A stretch of 64,000 nt of DNA from a virus. Below are positions 31,658-41,695 of the stretch, one piece after another. Location of the stretch: IMG/VR virus record IMGVR_UViG_3300020034_000010, positions 7,264 to 71,263 of that record. One strand, given 5' to 3'. Position 1 is the stretch's first letter. Each line of letters starts with the position of its first letter. The translations under genes were made by a program, and so were the position numbers. The notes beneath the pieces are model-generated. The model saw only the letters and a list, made by a program, of their open reading frames with translations, did not search any database and was not told the origin of the DNA.

Positions 31658-32116
31658 ATGAATCTCAACGCCCTCCTGGCGAAGATTCCTCTGGCAAGCA
31701 GTGTGTTCTTGGTCTACGCAGTCGTGGGCCTGATCATGCTCTTGGCAGGGACGTTGGAGTACGGGTCCTACAGTGACAACCTGCTCGCCATTGGCCTTGC
31801 CTGCGGCGCGCTCGGGGTCCCTCGGGCCATCTCCAAGGTCGCCAACAACGTCCAGTCCATCAACCTCCTCGGGTTCATCGAGTCGATCCAGGTCCCTTCG
31901 ATCGTCTTCGTGATCTTCTTAGGGGCCAGCTCGGTCAGCCTGATCCTCACCACCATCACGTTTGGACAGTTCTCAGAAAACGTGTTGAAGGTCGGGGTCG
32001 CCTGCGGCGTCCTACAAGCAACACGCGCCGTCGAGCACGTTTTCGCATCAACTGACGTAGCACCGGCAGCACCGTTAGTGGGAGAGCCGGTTTCTCCCGC
32101 ACCGAGCGGGAATTAG
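31658..32116 (+). CDS. Putative holin with internal duplication
   Basis: About 4 TM segments arranged as two repeats; follows the lysins. Confidence 0.6.
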   Translation: MNLNALLAKIPLASSVFLVYAVVGLIMLLAGTLEYGSYSDNLLAIGLACGALGVPRAISKVANNVQSINLLGFIESIQVPSIVFVIFLGASSVSLILTTITFGQFSENVLKVGVACGVLQATRAVEHVFASTDVAPAAPLVGEPVSPAPSGN

Positions 32117-32123
32117 CGCGGCA

Positions 32124-32151
32124 CCCGGCGGGGCCTACGGGCTCCGCCGGG
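32124..32151 (+). terminator. GC hairpin with cUACGg loop
   Basis: CCCGGCGG-GGCC-TACG-GGCT-CCGCCGGG. Confidence 0.5.
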
Positions 32152-32164
32152 GTATCGTCGTCTC

Positions 32165-32503
32165 GTGGCCCCAACGCCGCAGACCTACGTCAAGCGCTCT
32201 CGGTTCTGGCCTCCGCGCGACCGCGAGGACACTCCGATCCCGCACAAGATCGAGACGATCGGATTTCTTCGAGCGGTTCCCCACCTGCTGTCGTTTTTCG
32301 ACAAAGTGGTGCCGGAAGAGTTCTGGACCGAAGAAACCGATGTGGCCGGCACGAGGATCGTAATCGCCTGCCCTTGCGGCGAGGAGCCGGTCCTGGAGTA
32401 TCGGCTCCGCAGCTACTCGATCGCCGAGTGCGGCTGCGAACGCTTCTTCATGCACGACGGCACGCAGGTCCGGGTCGGCAAGTCCGACGACCCAGCCTCG
32501 TAG
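32165..32503 (+). CDS. Zinc-ribbon protein
   Basis: CPCG...CGCER. Confidence 0.6.
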   Translation: MAPTPQTYVKRSRFWPPRDREDTPIPHKIETIGFLRAVPHLLSFFDKVVPEEFWTEETDVAGTRIVIACPCGEEPVLEYRLRSYSIAECGCERFFMHDGTQVRVGKSDDPAS

Positions 32504-32507
32504 ATTA
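32498..32507 (+). promoter_or_regulatory. Late promoter motif TCGTAGATTA
   Basis: Repeat copy upstream of the membrane-protein genes. Confidence 0.6.
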
Positions 32508-32554
32508 CAAGGGGCACCCCCTCGCGGGAGCAGGGCGGTCCCAACGAGACCAAC

Positions 32555-33150
32555 GTGACTGTGGAGCCAACCGATCGAGACGAGCTGAAGGCAGCCATCG
32601 AGCTTGCTGAATGGCGAGGGAAGATGGACGAGCGGATGCGGAGCGGAGACGGCCGCTTCAAGAAGATCGACGAGACCCTTGAACGAATCGAGACCAAACA
32701 GGATGAACAGGGCGAGGATCTCGCCACGATGAAGGCGAAGGTGGCCTTCTACGGTGGGATCGGGGGCATGGCGGGCTCTGTCGTTGTCGGGGTCATCGTG
32801 GCATTCGGGACTAAGGCGCTCGGATGACCACCAAGCTCAAGCTCCAGCTCATTTTCGGCTTCGCCGGCCTGGTAATTGTCGCCGGCGCCCTCGGTTTCTT
32901 CCTGCGGCTCAACGTCGAATCGAACGAACGCACAGAAGCTGACACGGCCTACCAGAACCAGCTCACCGCGTGTCGTTCCCGCGGCAACGAAATGCGTGAA
33001 TACGTCTTCTCCCTCGCCGAGGCAGACGCCGAAGATCCCGACCCGGGCAAGCGGGCCGCGGGGCGCGCTGTGATCTACGGCATGAAGCACGCCGAATACT
33101 CCAATGCCAACGGCACGATTCACTGCCAGGAAGCGGTCAAACAGCCATGA
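32555..33150 (+). CDS. Two lysis-associated membrane proteins (32555-32827, 32824-33150)
   Basis: First: coiled coil with C-terminal TM. Second: N-terminal TM. Confidence 0.65.
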
Positions 33151-33821
33151 GCCACCTGTCTCGCAAGAACAAACTCCAGCTCCTGGCGATGGGGCTCAGC
33201 GTCTTGATCGGCGCGGTTTTGCTGGGCCTTCTCGTCCGCGGCGGCAAAGAACACGAACGGGCAAAGACACAGAAGGCGCAGAGTGCCGCCAGCAAAGCGG
33301 AAGGCACCGCCAAACAGGCTCAGAAAACGGCTACGAAGGCCCACGTCGAATCGAAACAGATCATCCGCTACCTCCGCGGCGAACGGGGTGTGCCGGGCCT
33401 CACTGGCGCCGAAGGGCATCCGGGGGAACTTGGCCCGGCCGGGCTCACCGGCCCTGAAGGAAAGCTCGGGCTCGTCGGGCCTGAAGGTCCCCGCGGTCCC
33501 GCTGGCGCAGAGGGACCGCAGGGCGAAATCGGTCCGCCGGGTCCACAGGGCTCGCGCGGCAACGATGGGTCCAGCGGCTCCAATGGCTCGAACGGTGAAA
33601 AGGGCGATCGAGGCGAATCTGGACCACAGGGTGCTGAAGGAATCGCCGGTAGCCCTGGTTCTCCTGGCGCCGGCGGCGCGGAAGGTCCGCCCGGACCTCC
33701 GGGGCCAGAAGGCCCTCCGGGACCACCCGGGCCGGAAGGACCGCCGGGTCCAGCCGGGGAAGCAACCGTGCTCCACTGCACGGAAATTGCGCCCGGCGAA
33801 TTCACCTGTGAACCAGCTTAA
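33147..33821 (+). CDS. Membrane-anchored collagen-like protein
   Basis: N-terminal TM then a long Gly-X-Y run. Confidence 0.85.
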   Translation: MSHLSRKNKLQLLAMGLSVLIGAVLLGLLVRGGKEHERAKTQKAQSAASKAEGTAKQAQKTATKAHVESKQIIRYLRGERGVPGLTGAEGHPGELGPAGLTGPEGKLGLVGPEGPRGPAGAEGPQGEIGPPGPQGSRGNDGSSGSNGSNGEKGDRGESGPQGAEGIAGSPGSPGAGGAEGPPGPPGPEGPPGPPGPEGPPGPAGEATVLHCTEIAPGEFTCEPA

Positions 33822-33875
33822 CCTTGCGCTCGCCGCCGGGCTGATGTATACCTGCCCCTTGGCTAGTAGCGAACA

Positions 33876-34235
33876 ATGGCTGTAAGAACCAACTGGCACG
33901 AGGACGCAGATAGGACCGGCTCATCGGTAGTCGATCCGTTTGACCTGCCATCCTCCGCGCCAGTGGCGGTGACGGCCCCCTTATCCCTTGATCTCCCCTT
34001 CGATGAGCTGGAGCGGCGCATCAAGATGCTCCTCCACCGCGAGGCTTTCCTCTGCAAGGAGGGACTCACCTGCGCGATCAAGGACAACCCCGAGGGGACC
34101 TGCCTGGGCTGCCCACTAAACGAGGTCGGCAGCGATAGCGCCAAAGGCGCACTGTGCAAAATCGGCTGCGAACAAGAGCGTGTGCAGACGATGATGCTCG
34201 CCAAACATGCCCAGCCAGCCCAGCCGAAGTGGTAG
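33876..34235 (+). CDS. Cys-rich hypothetical protein
   Basis: Six Cys in the C-terminal half. Confidence 0.55.
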   Translation: MAVRTNWHEDADRTGSSVVDPFDLPSSAPVAVTAPLSLDLPFDELERRIKMLLHREAFLCKEGLTCAIKDNPEGTCLGCPLNEVGSDSAKGALCKIGCEQERVQTMMLAKHAQPAQPKW

Positions 34236-34695
34236 GGGCGCCGGTCCTCGGCCCTACAAGCAGCGCCGAGCCCGGACGATCTTCCTGCGTGTTCCCTACT
34301 CGGAGTGGGGCGCGGTCAAGGCGGGTCGCAAGCGCGAGTTCAGAGCCTCTCCGAAAGCGACACCGCAGCTCTGGGACGTTGATCCTCCCCTGCCGGTAGT
34401 TGCATACGCGATCTCGAAGGCACTTGGCTACCGATCGCAGCTCATGATCCTGGAGGAGACGTGGCGCGAGCCCCTCGGCGCGATCTCGGCCGAGTCGCTG
34501 AAGCAGGAGGGCCAGCCCGACATCGCCCACTTCCGGCGCTACTGGATGGGCCGCGAGCACACAGCCTTCAAACCCACCCGGTTGGTCTCGGTCTTTCGAG
34601 TCCGGCCCTGGCAGCCCTCTGACTTCGCCACCATGGGCGAGCGTCTCCTAGAGCGGCTCTACGGCGAATTCCTTGGCGACGTTAGAGCAGGTTGA
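34207..34695 (+). CDS. ASCH/PUA-like domain protein
   Basis: AVKAGRKREFR...EPLGAISAESLKQEG...F..YW. Confidence 0.6.
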   Translation: MPSQPSRSGRGAGPRPYKQRRARTIFLRVPYSEWGAVKAGRKREFRASPKATPQLWDVDPPLPVVAYAISKALGYRSQLMILEETWREPLGAISAESLKQEGQPDIAHFRRYWMGREHTAFKPTRLVSVFRVRPWQPSDFATMGERLLERLYGEFLGDVRAG

Positions 34696-35062
34696 ATTCG
34701 CCGAGGAGGCCCGGTCGCAGCGGATCTGTGCCGCCGAGGGGTGCCGTAGGAATTGGCCATGGCACCCACACCACGTAGTCAAACGCCAGGACCTCGAAAG
34801 GGCGCTCGGGCTCAGCAAATACAACGAGGCCGACCACGCGATCCTCTGGGACCCGCGGAACTGCCTGCGGCTCTGTCCCGACTGCCACATGAACCACCAC
34901 GGGCTCTACAAGCTGAAGCTGAAGGTCCTGCGTCCCGCAAGTTACGAGTTTGCCTTCGAGCATTTGCGTGCCGGCGCCGGCGAGTACCTTCGACACCATT
35001 ACGATGGCGACGATCCGAGGCTAGAGGAATATGAACGGACCTATCACGATCTGCAAAGTTGA
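34673..35062 (+). CDS. HNH endonuclease (terminase-adjacent)
   Basis: C..C, HHVV, NCLRLCPDCH..HH. Confidence 0.75.
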   Translation: MATLEQVEFAEEARSQRICAAEGCRRNWPWHPHHVVKRQDLERALGLSKYNEADHAILWDPRNCLRLCPDCHMNHHGLYKLKLKVLRPASYEFAFEHLRAGAGEYLRHHYDGDDPRLEEYERTYHDLQS

Positions 35063-35684
35063 GGCGCCCGGCGGCGGCGAGGTCCTGCTCCGCTCCGAGG
35101 CCGAGGTCCAGCTCTATGAGGAGATGTCCGCGGCCTACCAGAATGACTATCGCCTGGTGCGCCAGAGCGAGAAAGTCCTGCTCGGCTCGATCCTGAGCCA
35201 GGCGCTGATCCTCTTTCGCGCCCAGACCGAAATGACCGGCGTCAAGGCGACGACCGACAACAACGGTGTGCCCAACGGCTATGAGGAGGTCAAGCTCAGC
35301 AGCACGGAGCGCACAGCCCTCCAGAAGACGATCTCCGAAGCCACCAAGGAGATCCGCGAGATCGAGAAGGCGCTCGGCATCGACAAGAAGTCGCGCGACT
35401 CCGGCGGACAAGAAAACGTCGCTACGTACCTGACGACACTGAAGCGTGCAGCGCACAGGATGGGTGTACATATCCATCGCCGAGTGAAACTCTACGAGGA
35501 ATTCGCGATGGAGCTTCGCTGGCGGTTGCGTTTGCTCCGCAACGGTGACGACGAGGATAAAAAATACCACGACATCTCGCCCGAGAAAATATGCGCATGG
35601 TCTGAGAATAAACTCGCGGAAATAGAAGAGTTCGACAAACTGTTCGCAAAATCACAATCAAAACTATTCGGAGGCAAACTGTGA
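35031..35684 (+). CDS. Putative terminase small subunit
   Basis: Helical protein with ALGIDKKSR motif, upstream of TerL; mostly positional inference. Confidence 0.45.
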   Translation: MNGPITICKVEAPGGGEVLLRSEAEVQLYEEMSAAYQNDYRLVRQSEKVLLGSILSQALILFRAQTEMTGVKATTDNNGVPNGYEEVKLSSTERTALQKTISEATKEIREIEKALGIDKKSRDSGGQENVATYLTTLKRAAHRMGVHIHRRVKLYEEFAMELRWRLRLLRNGDDEDKKYHDISPEKICAWSENKLAEIEEFDKLFAKSQSKLFGGKL

Positions 35685-35880
35685 CATGTGAGGAGAGGTT
35701 GGCACAGGCGGCGACGATCGGTGATGCCATGGCCGACATGCTGAGCGACGTGTATCCCGAAGGCACGGAGCAGATCCGCGAGAACTGGAGCACGCTGATG
35801 GCCGACTGCCAGCGCGCCGGCGCCGTGCCAGCACCCTCCGAGCCCGGTGATTACATGGAGGAGTGGGCAGGCACCGACTG

Positions 35881-36393
35881 ATGATCAAGCGAACGATCCA
35901 ATGTCTCCGTCGGCGCGAATTCAAGGCGCTGCTAGAGGACTTCGTGGAGCCGGAGTACATCGGGCACGAAGACTGCCCGCTGATGGTGCGCTACACCCTG
36001 TTCTATCGGCTCGGGGTCAAGGTCACCATCCACTACTTCCCCCCGGAAGTCACGGACAAGGACCCGCACGATCATCCCAGCGCATTCGTCAGCCTGATCC
36101 TGAAGGGCGGCTACTTCAACACCGAGTGGGTCAAGGTTGATCTCCCCGGCCAGGAGTACATGCAAGAGTTGGAGTGGATCGAGCGCGGCCGGTTCATCTA
36201 CCGACCTGCGAAGCACATGCACATCGTCGAGACCAACCATCTCGGCGCCTGGACCTTCGTCGTCATGGGGCCGAAGTCTCGGCCGTGGGGATTTCTGCGG
36301 CTGGTTGATCAGAGCTGGTGGCCCTTCGAAAGGTACGTCGAGAAATTTGGCGGGACGGCTCGTTGCGAGACCGATGATGGATCTCGAACGTAA
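35881..36393 (+). CDS. Cupin-fold protein
   Basis: PHDHP...LILKGGY...H.VE...WTFVV.GP..RPWGF. Confidence 0.7.
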   Translation: MIKRTIQCLRRREFKALLEDFVEPEYIGHEDCPLMVRYTLFYRLGVKVTIHYFPPEVTDKDPHDHPSAFVSLILKGGYFNTEWVKVDLPGQEYMQELEWIERGRFIYRPAKHMHIVETNHLGAWTFVVMGPKSRPWGFLRLVDQSWWPFERYVEKFGGTARCETDDGSRT

Positions 36394-38165
36394 TGGTCGC
36401 CCTGAAGGAACTGCCGGAGTTCCTTGAGAAGGGCGTCTACCCGGACACCGAGGACGACAAGATCCTTGGTGAGATCGCCGAACTCGCAGGTAGTCAGTTT
36501 CTGCCCGAAGGTGACTATGACCTTGACCTCGACGATTTCCTGCTGTACTCGATGCTCACCGACTCGATCTACGCGGCCGAGCTGCTGTGGGACGACCCGA
36601 CCAACCACGAATTCGGCGGGCTCTACCGTGTCAAGGACTACCAGTACCCGCTCTGGCGCCACGAAGGTACCTACGCCGGTTTCGCCTGTGCTCGCGCGGT
36701 AGGCAAGACCGAGAGCATCAAGGGGGACGCCTTCTCTCACGCCTTCAAACGGCTCGGGGAGAACATGCTGGTGACGGCGCCGGAGCTGATCCACCTTCAA
36801 CCTCTGACCAACTCGATCGAGGAACGGATTCGCGACACCAGGCTGACCCGCGACTTCCTTGATCTCCGCGGCGGCAAGACCGGCTTCACACACAAACCGT
36901 TCGGGGTCGAGTTTGCCGACGGGACCAAGATCGTCGGCCGTATCCCCAGACTCACCGGTACTGGTGTCAAGGGGCAGCATCAGCCCGACCTCCGCATCGA
37001 GGAGGCCCAGGACTACCCGAAGCGTGGGTGGGATGAGGTTCACGAGACAGTCAACAAGGGTGGTGTCGATTGGAAAGGTGATCCCGACTTCACCTACTGG
37101 TTCTACGGGGTGCATTCGGGCGCGCGCGACTCGGGGTTCTACTCTCGTGCCGGCAACTCCTCCTTCAAACTGAAGACGATCACCAAGCTTCAGACGGTCG
37201 AGTGGAACAAAGCCGAGAAGGACGCTGCACTCGCGGCCTACGGTGGCTCCAACTCGCCGGACTATCGCCGCAACATCCTCGGCGAGGCTGGGTCGCCGGC
37301 AAGCCCCTACTTCGTGATGTCGAGGCTGATGGCGACGATCGACCAAGACGAAGAGAGCGACTACAACCAGAACCAGTACGTCTCCCAGCAGATCCACGCA
37401 GAGGAGATCGAGGATCTCGACATGTCGATGACCGACGTGCTCGACCTGCCGGTCAACTACGGGCCGATTCATGGGGGGATGGATGTAGGGCTCACCGAGT
37501 CGCCGACGGTGATCGTGTTGTTCTCGAAGGAGAAGGTCGCTGGCCGTGATCGACTGAAACTGTTGCGGATGTATCACCTGTGGCGCCTGCGGCCAAAGCA
37601 GATCAGGGAAACGCTCTATGCCCTCGACTATCACTTCGGCAAGAAGCTGCTCAGCTTCGGCATGGATGTCACCGGGCTCGGCTTCCCGATGTTCCAGGAG
37701 ATGGAAGACGACGAGACCGCTCCAAAGCACCTACTAGAAATCAGTCGGGGCTACTTCTTCAATGCCTCTGTTCCAGTGGGTATCAACAAAGACTTCGTGC
37801 GCGAGGACACCGACGGTCAGCTTCGCGACCAGTATGGATCGGCGGTGAAGAAAGAGATCGATCCGCTCTCCGGCGAGGAACGTTACATCTCCCTGATGCC
37901 GATGATCGAGGCCAGCACCCGCTACGTCCGCGACTGGGTGGATACCGGGACGCTAATGCTGCCCTTCGATCGCGAAGTGGTCGGTGACATGCAGGGCGAG
38001 ACCCACCAGCGAGTGAAAGCCGTCGGGGAACGGCGAGGCAAGAAGCCGAACTCGATGCACATCCTGGACGCGATCCGCGGCGCCGGCATGGCTGAGCGAG
38101 CCGAAGAAATTGAGGCCGAGATCGGCAACGAGCCCCAGGAAGAAGTACTGGACTTGGTGGGATGA
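36393..38165 (+). CDS. terL: Terminase large subunit
   Basis: Walker A ARAVGKT, Walker B-like IEEAQD, RNase H-like GMDVG, GMDVTG and HILDA. Confidence 0.85.
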   Translation: MVALKELPEFLEKGVYPDTEDDKILGEIAELAGSQFLPEGDYDLDLDDFLLYSMLTDSIYAAELLWDDPTNHEFGGLYRVKDYQYPLWRHEGTYAGFACARAVGKTESIKGDAFSHAFKRLGENMLVTAPELIHLQPLTNSIEERIRDTRLTRDFLDLRGGKTGFTHKPFGVEFADGTKIVGRIPRLTGTGVKGQHQPDLRIEEAQDYPKRGWDEVHETVNKGGVDWKGDPDFTYWFYGVHSGARDSGFYSRAGNSSFKLKTITKLQTVEWNKAEKDAALAAYGGSNSPDYRRNILGEAGSPASPYFVMSRLMATIDQDEESDYNQNQYVSQQIHAEEIEDLDMSMTDVLDLPVNYGPIHGGMDVGLTESPTVIVLFSKEKVAGRDRLKLLRMYHLWRLRPKQIRETLYALDYHFGKKLLSFGMDVTGLGFPMFQEMEDDETAPKHLLEISRGYFFNASVPVGINKDFVREDTDGQLRDQYGSAVKKEIDPLSGEERYISLMPMIEASTRYVRDWVDTGTLMLPFDREVVGDMQGETHQRVKAVGERRGKKPNSMHILDAIRGAGMAERAEEIEAEIGNEPQEEVLDLVG

Positions 38166-38754
38166 AGATCAGCGTAGAGCGTCATCTTTGGCCAATCCCT
38201 CGGCCCTATATCGAGCGGGGGTGGGAAGTTCACAGCATGTGGATCGCCTTTGTGATCGGCAATAAATTCACGGACGATGTATTCAGCCTCACCTTGGAGT
38301 ACAGGCTCTCGGAACGCCAGTATCAATTTCTGCTGAAGGTCTTCGGATGACCTACGAGGAAGTCAAAGACCGGATCATCGAAGTTGCGGCCGTTCATCTG
38401 CCAGAGACGCCCGAGGACATGGCCAGCAGGATCAAGATTGAAGTGCTCGAAGCCCACCTGCTCTACACGGCTCGCGCGCGCGGCATCCTCGAAGAAGCCC
38501 GGTTGGCCATGGAGGATCGCTACGAAGAAATAGACGATACCTGGCGGAAACTTACGGGCTACGAGATGTATCTCAACGGGAAACCGAAATCTCAAACTGA
38601 CATCGACGAAGCCAAGCGCCAGGTAGATCCGAACCTATTCGGTGAGAGGCGTCTCATTATGAAACTTCTGCGACAGGTCGGTAATCAAATCCGCCGCCTT
38701 GAGAAAGACGACGCCGTGGCGTCACGTTCCTACACGATGCTGACGGGTTCGTAG
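38162..38754 (+). CDS. Two hypothetical genes (38162-38350, 38347-38754)
   Basis: Coupled ORFs. Confidence 0.6.
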
Positions 38755-38758
38755 ATTA
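38749..38758 (+). promoter_or_regulatory. Late promoter motif TCGTAGATTA
   Basis: 5 nt before the ATG at 38764 (leaderless spacing). Confidence 0.65.
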
Positions 38759-38763
38759 CGTAG

Positions 38764-39387
38764 ATGGAAACGTTCCTGATCGCCCCGTCCGAGCGCGCGC
38801 GGCTTTCACTGCGCCGCTACCAACGCAACGACGAGCCCTGTCCCCACGGCTATCACAATGCCTCGGCTCCGATCGGGTTTGTGCCCATGACGATCGGCGG
38901 CGAGGAAAACTATGAGTTCGACTCGCCGGAGAAGCCCGCAAAGGACGATCCGCGGTGGCCGGTCAAATGCGAGCACTGCACCTACCACTTCGCCCCGGAC
39001 GATTGCTGGCAGCTCTCTATCCAGCCGCTGTACGTGGCCGCAGATGGCCGTGAGACCAGCCTGCACGACGCTCCTACCGGCGCGATGTGGGATGCCTTCT
39101 GGTTGCCCGACAACTACAAGATCAACGGCTCAGGGCCTTGCTGGATCGTCAGGCTGCCCAATGGCGATGATTGGACCATGGGCTCGAACGCGACCAACTG
39201 CCCCCGCGAGGGCGAGGACCACGACTGCTGGTGCGTACATGGGGAGGCGCCGAAGCTGACTGTGGACAAGAATCCCGAGCCCGGCCGAACTACCTGCAAC
39301 GCCGGCGGCGGTTCGATCTGGGCTGGCCAGGGAACCGAGCGTGATTGGCACGGTTTCCTGCGGGATGGGCAGCTCGTTCAGGCTTAA
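38764..39387 (+). CDS. Cys/His-rich protein with DUF6527-like C-terminus
   Basis: W..HG..PKLTV...SI...WHGFLRDGQL. Confidence 0.5.
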   Translation: METFLIAPSERARLSLRRYQRNDEPCPHGYHNASAPIGFVPMTIGGEENYEFDSPEKPAKDDPRWPVKCEHCTYHFAPDDCWQLSIQPLYVAADGRETSLHDAPTGAMWDAFWLPDNYKINGSGPCWIVRLPNGDDWTMGSNATNCPREGEDHDCWCVHGEAPKLTVDKNPEPGRTTCNAGGGSIWAGQGTERDWHGFLRDGQLVQA

Positions 39388-39441
39388 CTCTCGGAAAAAG
39401 GGCCTTAGCCGGGTCCGTGGACAGGCTTAGTCCGAGGGCGC

Positions 39442-39451
39442 TCGTACATTA
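39442..39451 (+). promoter_or_regulatory. Late promoter motif TCGTACATTA
   Basis: 6 nt before the portal ATG. Confidence 0.65.
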
Positions 39452-39457
39452 CTAGCG

Positions 39458-41695
39458 ATGGAGGTATGGGAAGAGGACGGTCTGATTCTCCCTCCCGGGG
39501 CGACCCCGGGCGTTCTCGATGGGGAGCCGGCGCCGGGCTCGCGCCGAGAGCAGCAGGCGGTAATCGACAACCGCACCGACTTGCCCGACGAGCTGATCAT
39601 GGGCGCCGCCCAGACGTACTTGGAGGAGAACAGCGCCTACAACCTGCGCAACAACATGCCGATGTCGGTCTACAACGACGGCGGCGGCTCGATGATGTCG
39701 CGGGCCGAATTTCGATCGCCCTCCTCGATCCCCGACGAAATCCGCCTCGCGCGCATGTTGGCCGAGAAAGACGACGATATCGCCGCGGTCATCGGCGAGA
39801 TGATCGGCCTGGCCTTCTCCGACGGCGTGCAGGTCCAGCACCAGGACGAGCGTACCCAGGCCCTCTTCGAAGGGATCAACGAAGAGATGGATATCGAGGG
39901 CGTGCTCGCCAACATGTACCGCGAGTGGCTGATCGCGGGGCAGGTGAGCACCACGATGCTCTTCACTCGCGAAGAACTCGACTACGAACTCAGCGACAAA
40001 GAACGGATGCAGTCGGCCAACGTCGCGGTTCCACGGGTCGGCGTCCTGGCCTCGGAGCAGATCCGCGTCCTTGGCAACGACATCTTCGGCACGGCTCAAC
40101 TTGCCTACGAGCCCGAGAGCGAAAAACTCAAGCGCTGGCTGGAAGAGTACTTCAACCCACGTACGTCGCCGGCGCGCAAAGCCGAACTGGGTAGGAAAGA
40201 TCGCGTTGCGGCGAACATGTTCATCGGCAAAGTCGCAGTTAACCCCTTCATCACAGATAACCCGCAGACGACGACGGGTGTGCTCTACCTGCTCAATCCG
40301 TTGGTAGTGCAGCGCACGACGATGCCGAAGGGTGCGTGGACACAGCCGCGGCCGACGATGACGAGGAACTTCCCGCTCCTGGAGGCGAAGCGGCTGCTGA
40401 ACGTGATGGACTTCGCGCTTCTCCAGGGTGGCAGCAACTTCATCGTGGTCGCGAAGAAGGGCACCGACCAGCGGCCGGCGAGAGGCAACGAGGTCGCGAA
40501 CCTCCGCGAAGTCGTCAAACGCGCTTCCAAAGTCGGCCTGATCGTCGGGGACCATCGCCTCAGTTTCGAAATCATCACTCCGAAACTGGACGAATTGCTC
40601 AACGCGGAGAAGCGCAAACTGCTCGGCCGCAAGATGGCGATGGGCTTGATGCGAGTCGGGGAGCACGGCAGTGAAGACTCCGGCGCCGAGGGGCAGGTTG
40701 CCGAGATCGAAATGTTCTCGCGGGTGATCTCCTGGGACCGTGACCGTTTGATCAAGCACCTGGAACGCAACATCTACAAATCCACGGTCAAACGCAATCC
40801 GAAAGTGTTGAAAGGCGCGGCGAATATCTGGGTGATGAAACTCATCCTCCAGGGGACGCAGTACTTCAACGACATGGTGTTGAAAATGCGCGACCGCGGT
40901 GACATTTCCCGTCGCTCTACTGTCCAGGCTGCCGGGTTCGACTACGAGGCTGAGCTGGGGGAGCGCGAGCGCGAGCTTGCTGCCGGCCACGACGAAATCC
41001 TCGTTCCGGGCGTTGTGCCCCACACGTCTCCCGATCAGCCGGGGCAGACGCCCCAGATCAACGACAACGGCGGCGGGCGCCCGGCCGGTGTCAAAAACGG
41101 AGACGAACCCGGTCCGCGGCCGAAAAAAACGCTCAACAAAGTCGCCGGCGAGACGATCAAAGCCTGGTTCGACGAGGACGCCGATGTCGATCAGGTTGTC
41201 CGCATGGGCGAAGAGACCTACAAAGTCCTCGACGCCTTCCCCGATCGCGTCATCGGCCGGCTCACGGCCAACGACATCGAAGCCCTCAGGCTCAGCGAGG
41301 CCGGGCGCATCGGGCCGACGGTATACGTTCCCGTCAACCCCGGCTACGAGGTCGCGGAAGCTCGCGCGGTGCGCCTCGAAGATGGGCTCTCCCTGTTGGT
41401 CGGCCAGATCCCGGGCGGCGCGATCGTCGCCAAAGCGATCGGCTTCCGCGAGCCCAGGTGGACCGCGGAGCAGGCCGAGGAGACTGCGATCAAATGGGGC
41501 TTCCTCACCGAGGCACTGCCCGACCTCGACCCACTCGATCCCGACGAGGAGACCGCAGCGGCCGACGGTCGAGAGCTGACCTTGAAGATCGAGTTGAACG
41601 GCGGTAACGAAGGCGGAGCCCGGATGCTGATCAAAGACAAAGACGGTCAGATCATCGGTTCCCAGCTCGCCGTAGATCCGCCGAAAGACGACTGA
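39458..41695 (+). CDS. Portal protein with C-terminal extension
   Basis: 745 aa, downstream of TerL; helical; ISRRS...GFDYEAE portal-like segment. Confidence 0.7.
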   Translation: MEVWEEDGLILPPGATPGVLDGEPAPGSRREQQAVIDNRTDLPDELIMGAAQTYLEENSAYNLRNNMPMSVYNDGGGSMMSRAEFRSPSSIPDEIRLARMLAEKDDDIAAVIGEMIGLAFSDGVQVQHQDERTQALFEGINEEMDIEGVLANMYREWLIAGQVSTTMLFTREELDYELSDKERMQSANVAVPRVGVLASEQIRVLGNDIFGTAQLAYEPESEKLKRWLEEYFNPRTSPARKAELGRKDRVAANMFIGKVAVNPFITDNPQTTTGVLYLLNPLVVQRTTMPKGAWTQPRPTMTRNFPLLEAKRLLNVMDFALLQGGSNFIVVAKKGTDQRPARGNEVANLREVVKRASKVGLIVGDHRLSFEIITPKLDELLNAEKRKLLGRKMAMGLMRVGEHGSEDSGAEGQVAEIEMFSRVISWDRDRLIKHLERNIYKSTVKRNPKVLKGAANIWVMKLILQGTQYFNDMVLKMRDRGDISRRSTVQAAGFDYEAELGERERELAAGHDEILVPGVVPHTSPDQPGQTPQINDNGGGRPAGVKNGDEPGPRPKKTLNKVAGETIKAWFDEDADVDQVVRMGEETYKVLDAFPDRVIGRLTANDIEALRLSEAGRIGPTVYVPVNPGYEVAEARAVRLEDGLSLLVGQIPGGAIVAKAIGFREPRWTAEQAEETAIKWGFLTEALPDLDPLDPDEETAAADGRELTLKIELNGGNEGGARMLIKDKDGQIIGSQLAVDPPKDD

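Noticed and set aside
33385-33760. Tandem DNA repeats (also 27240-27312)
   Set aside because: Explained by collagen Gly-X-Y and poly-Pro coding.
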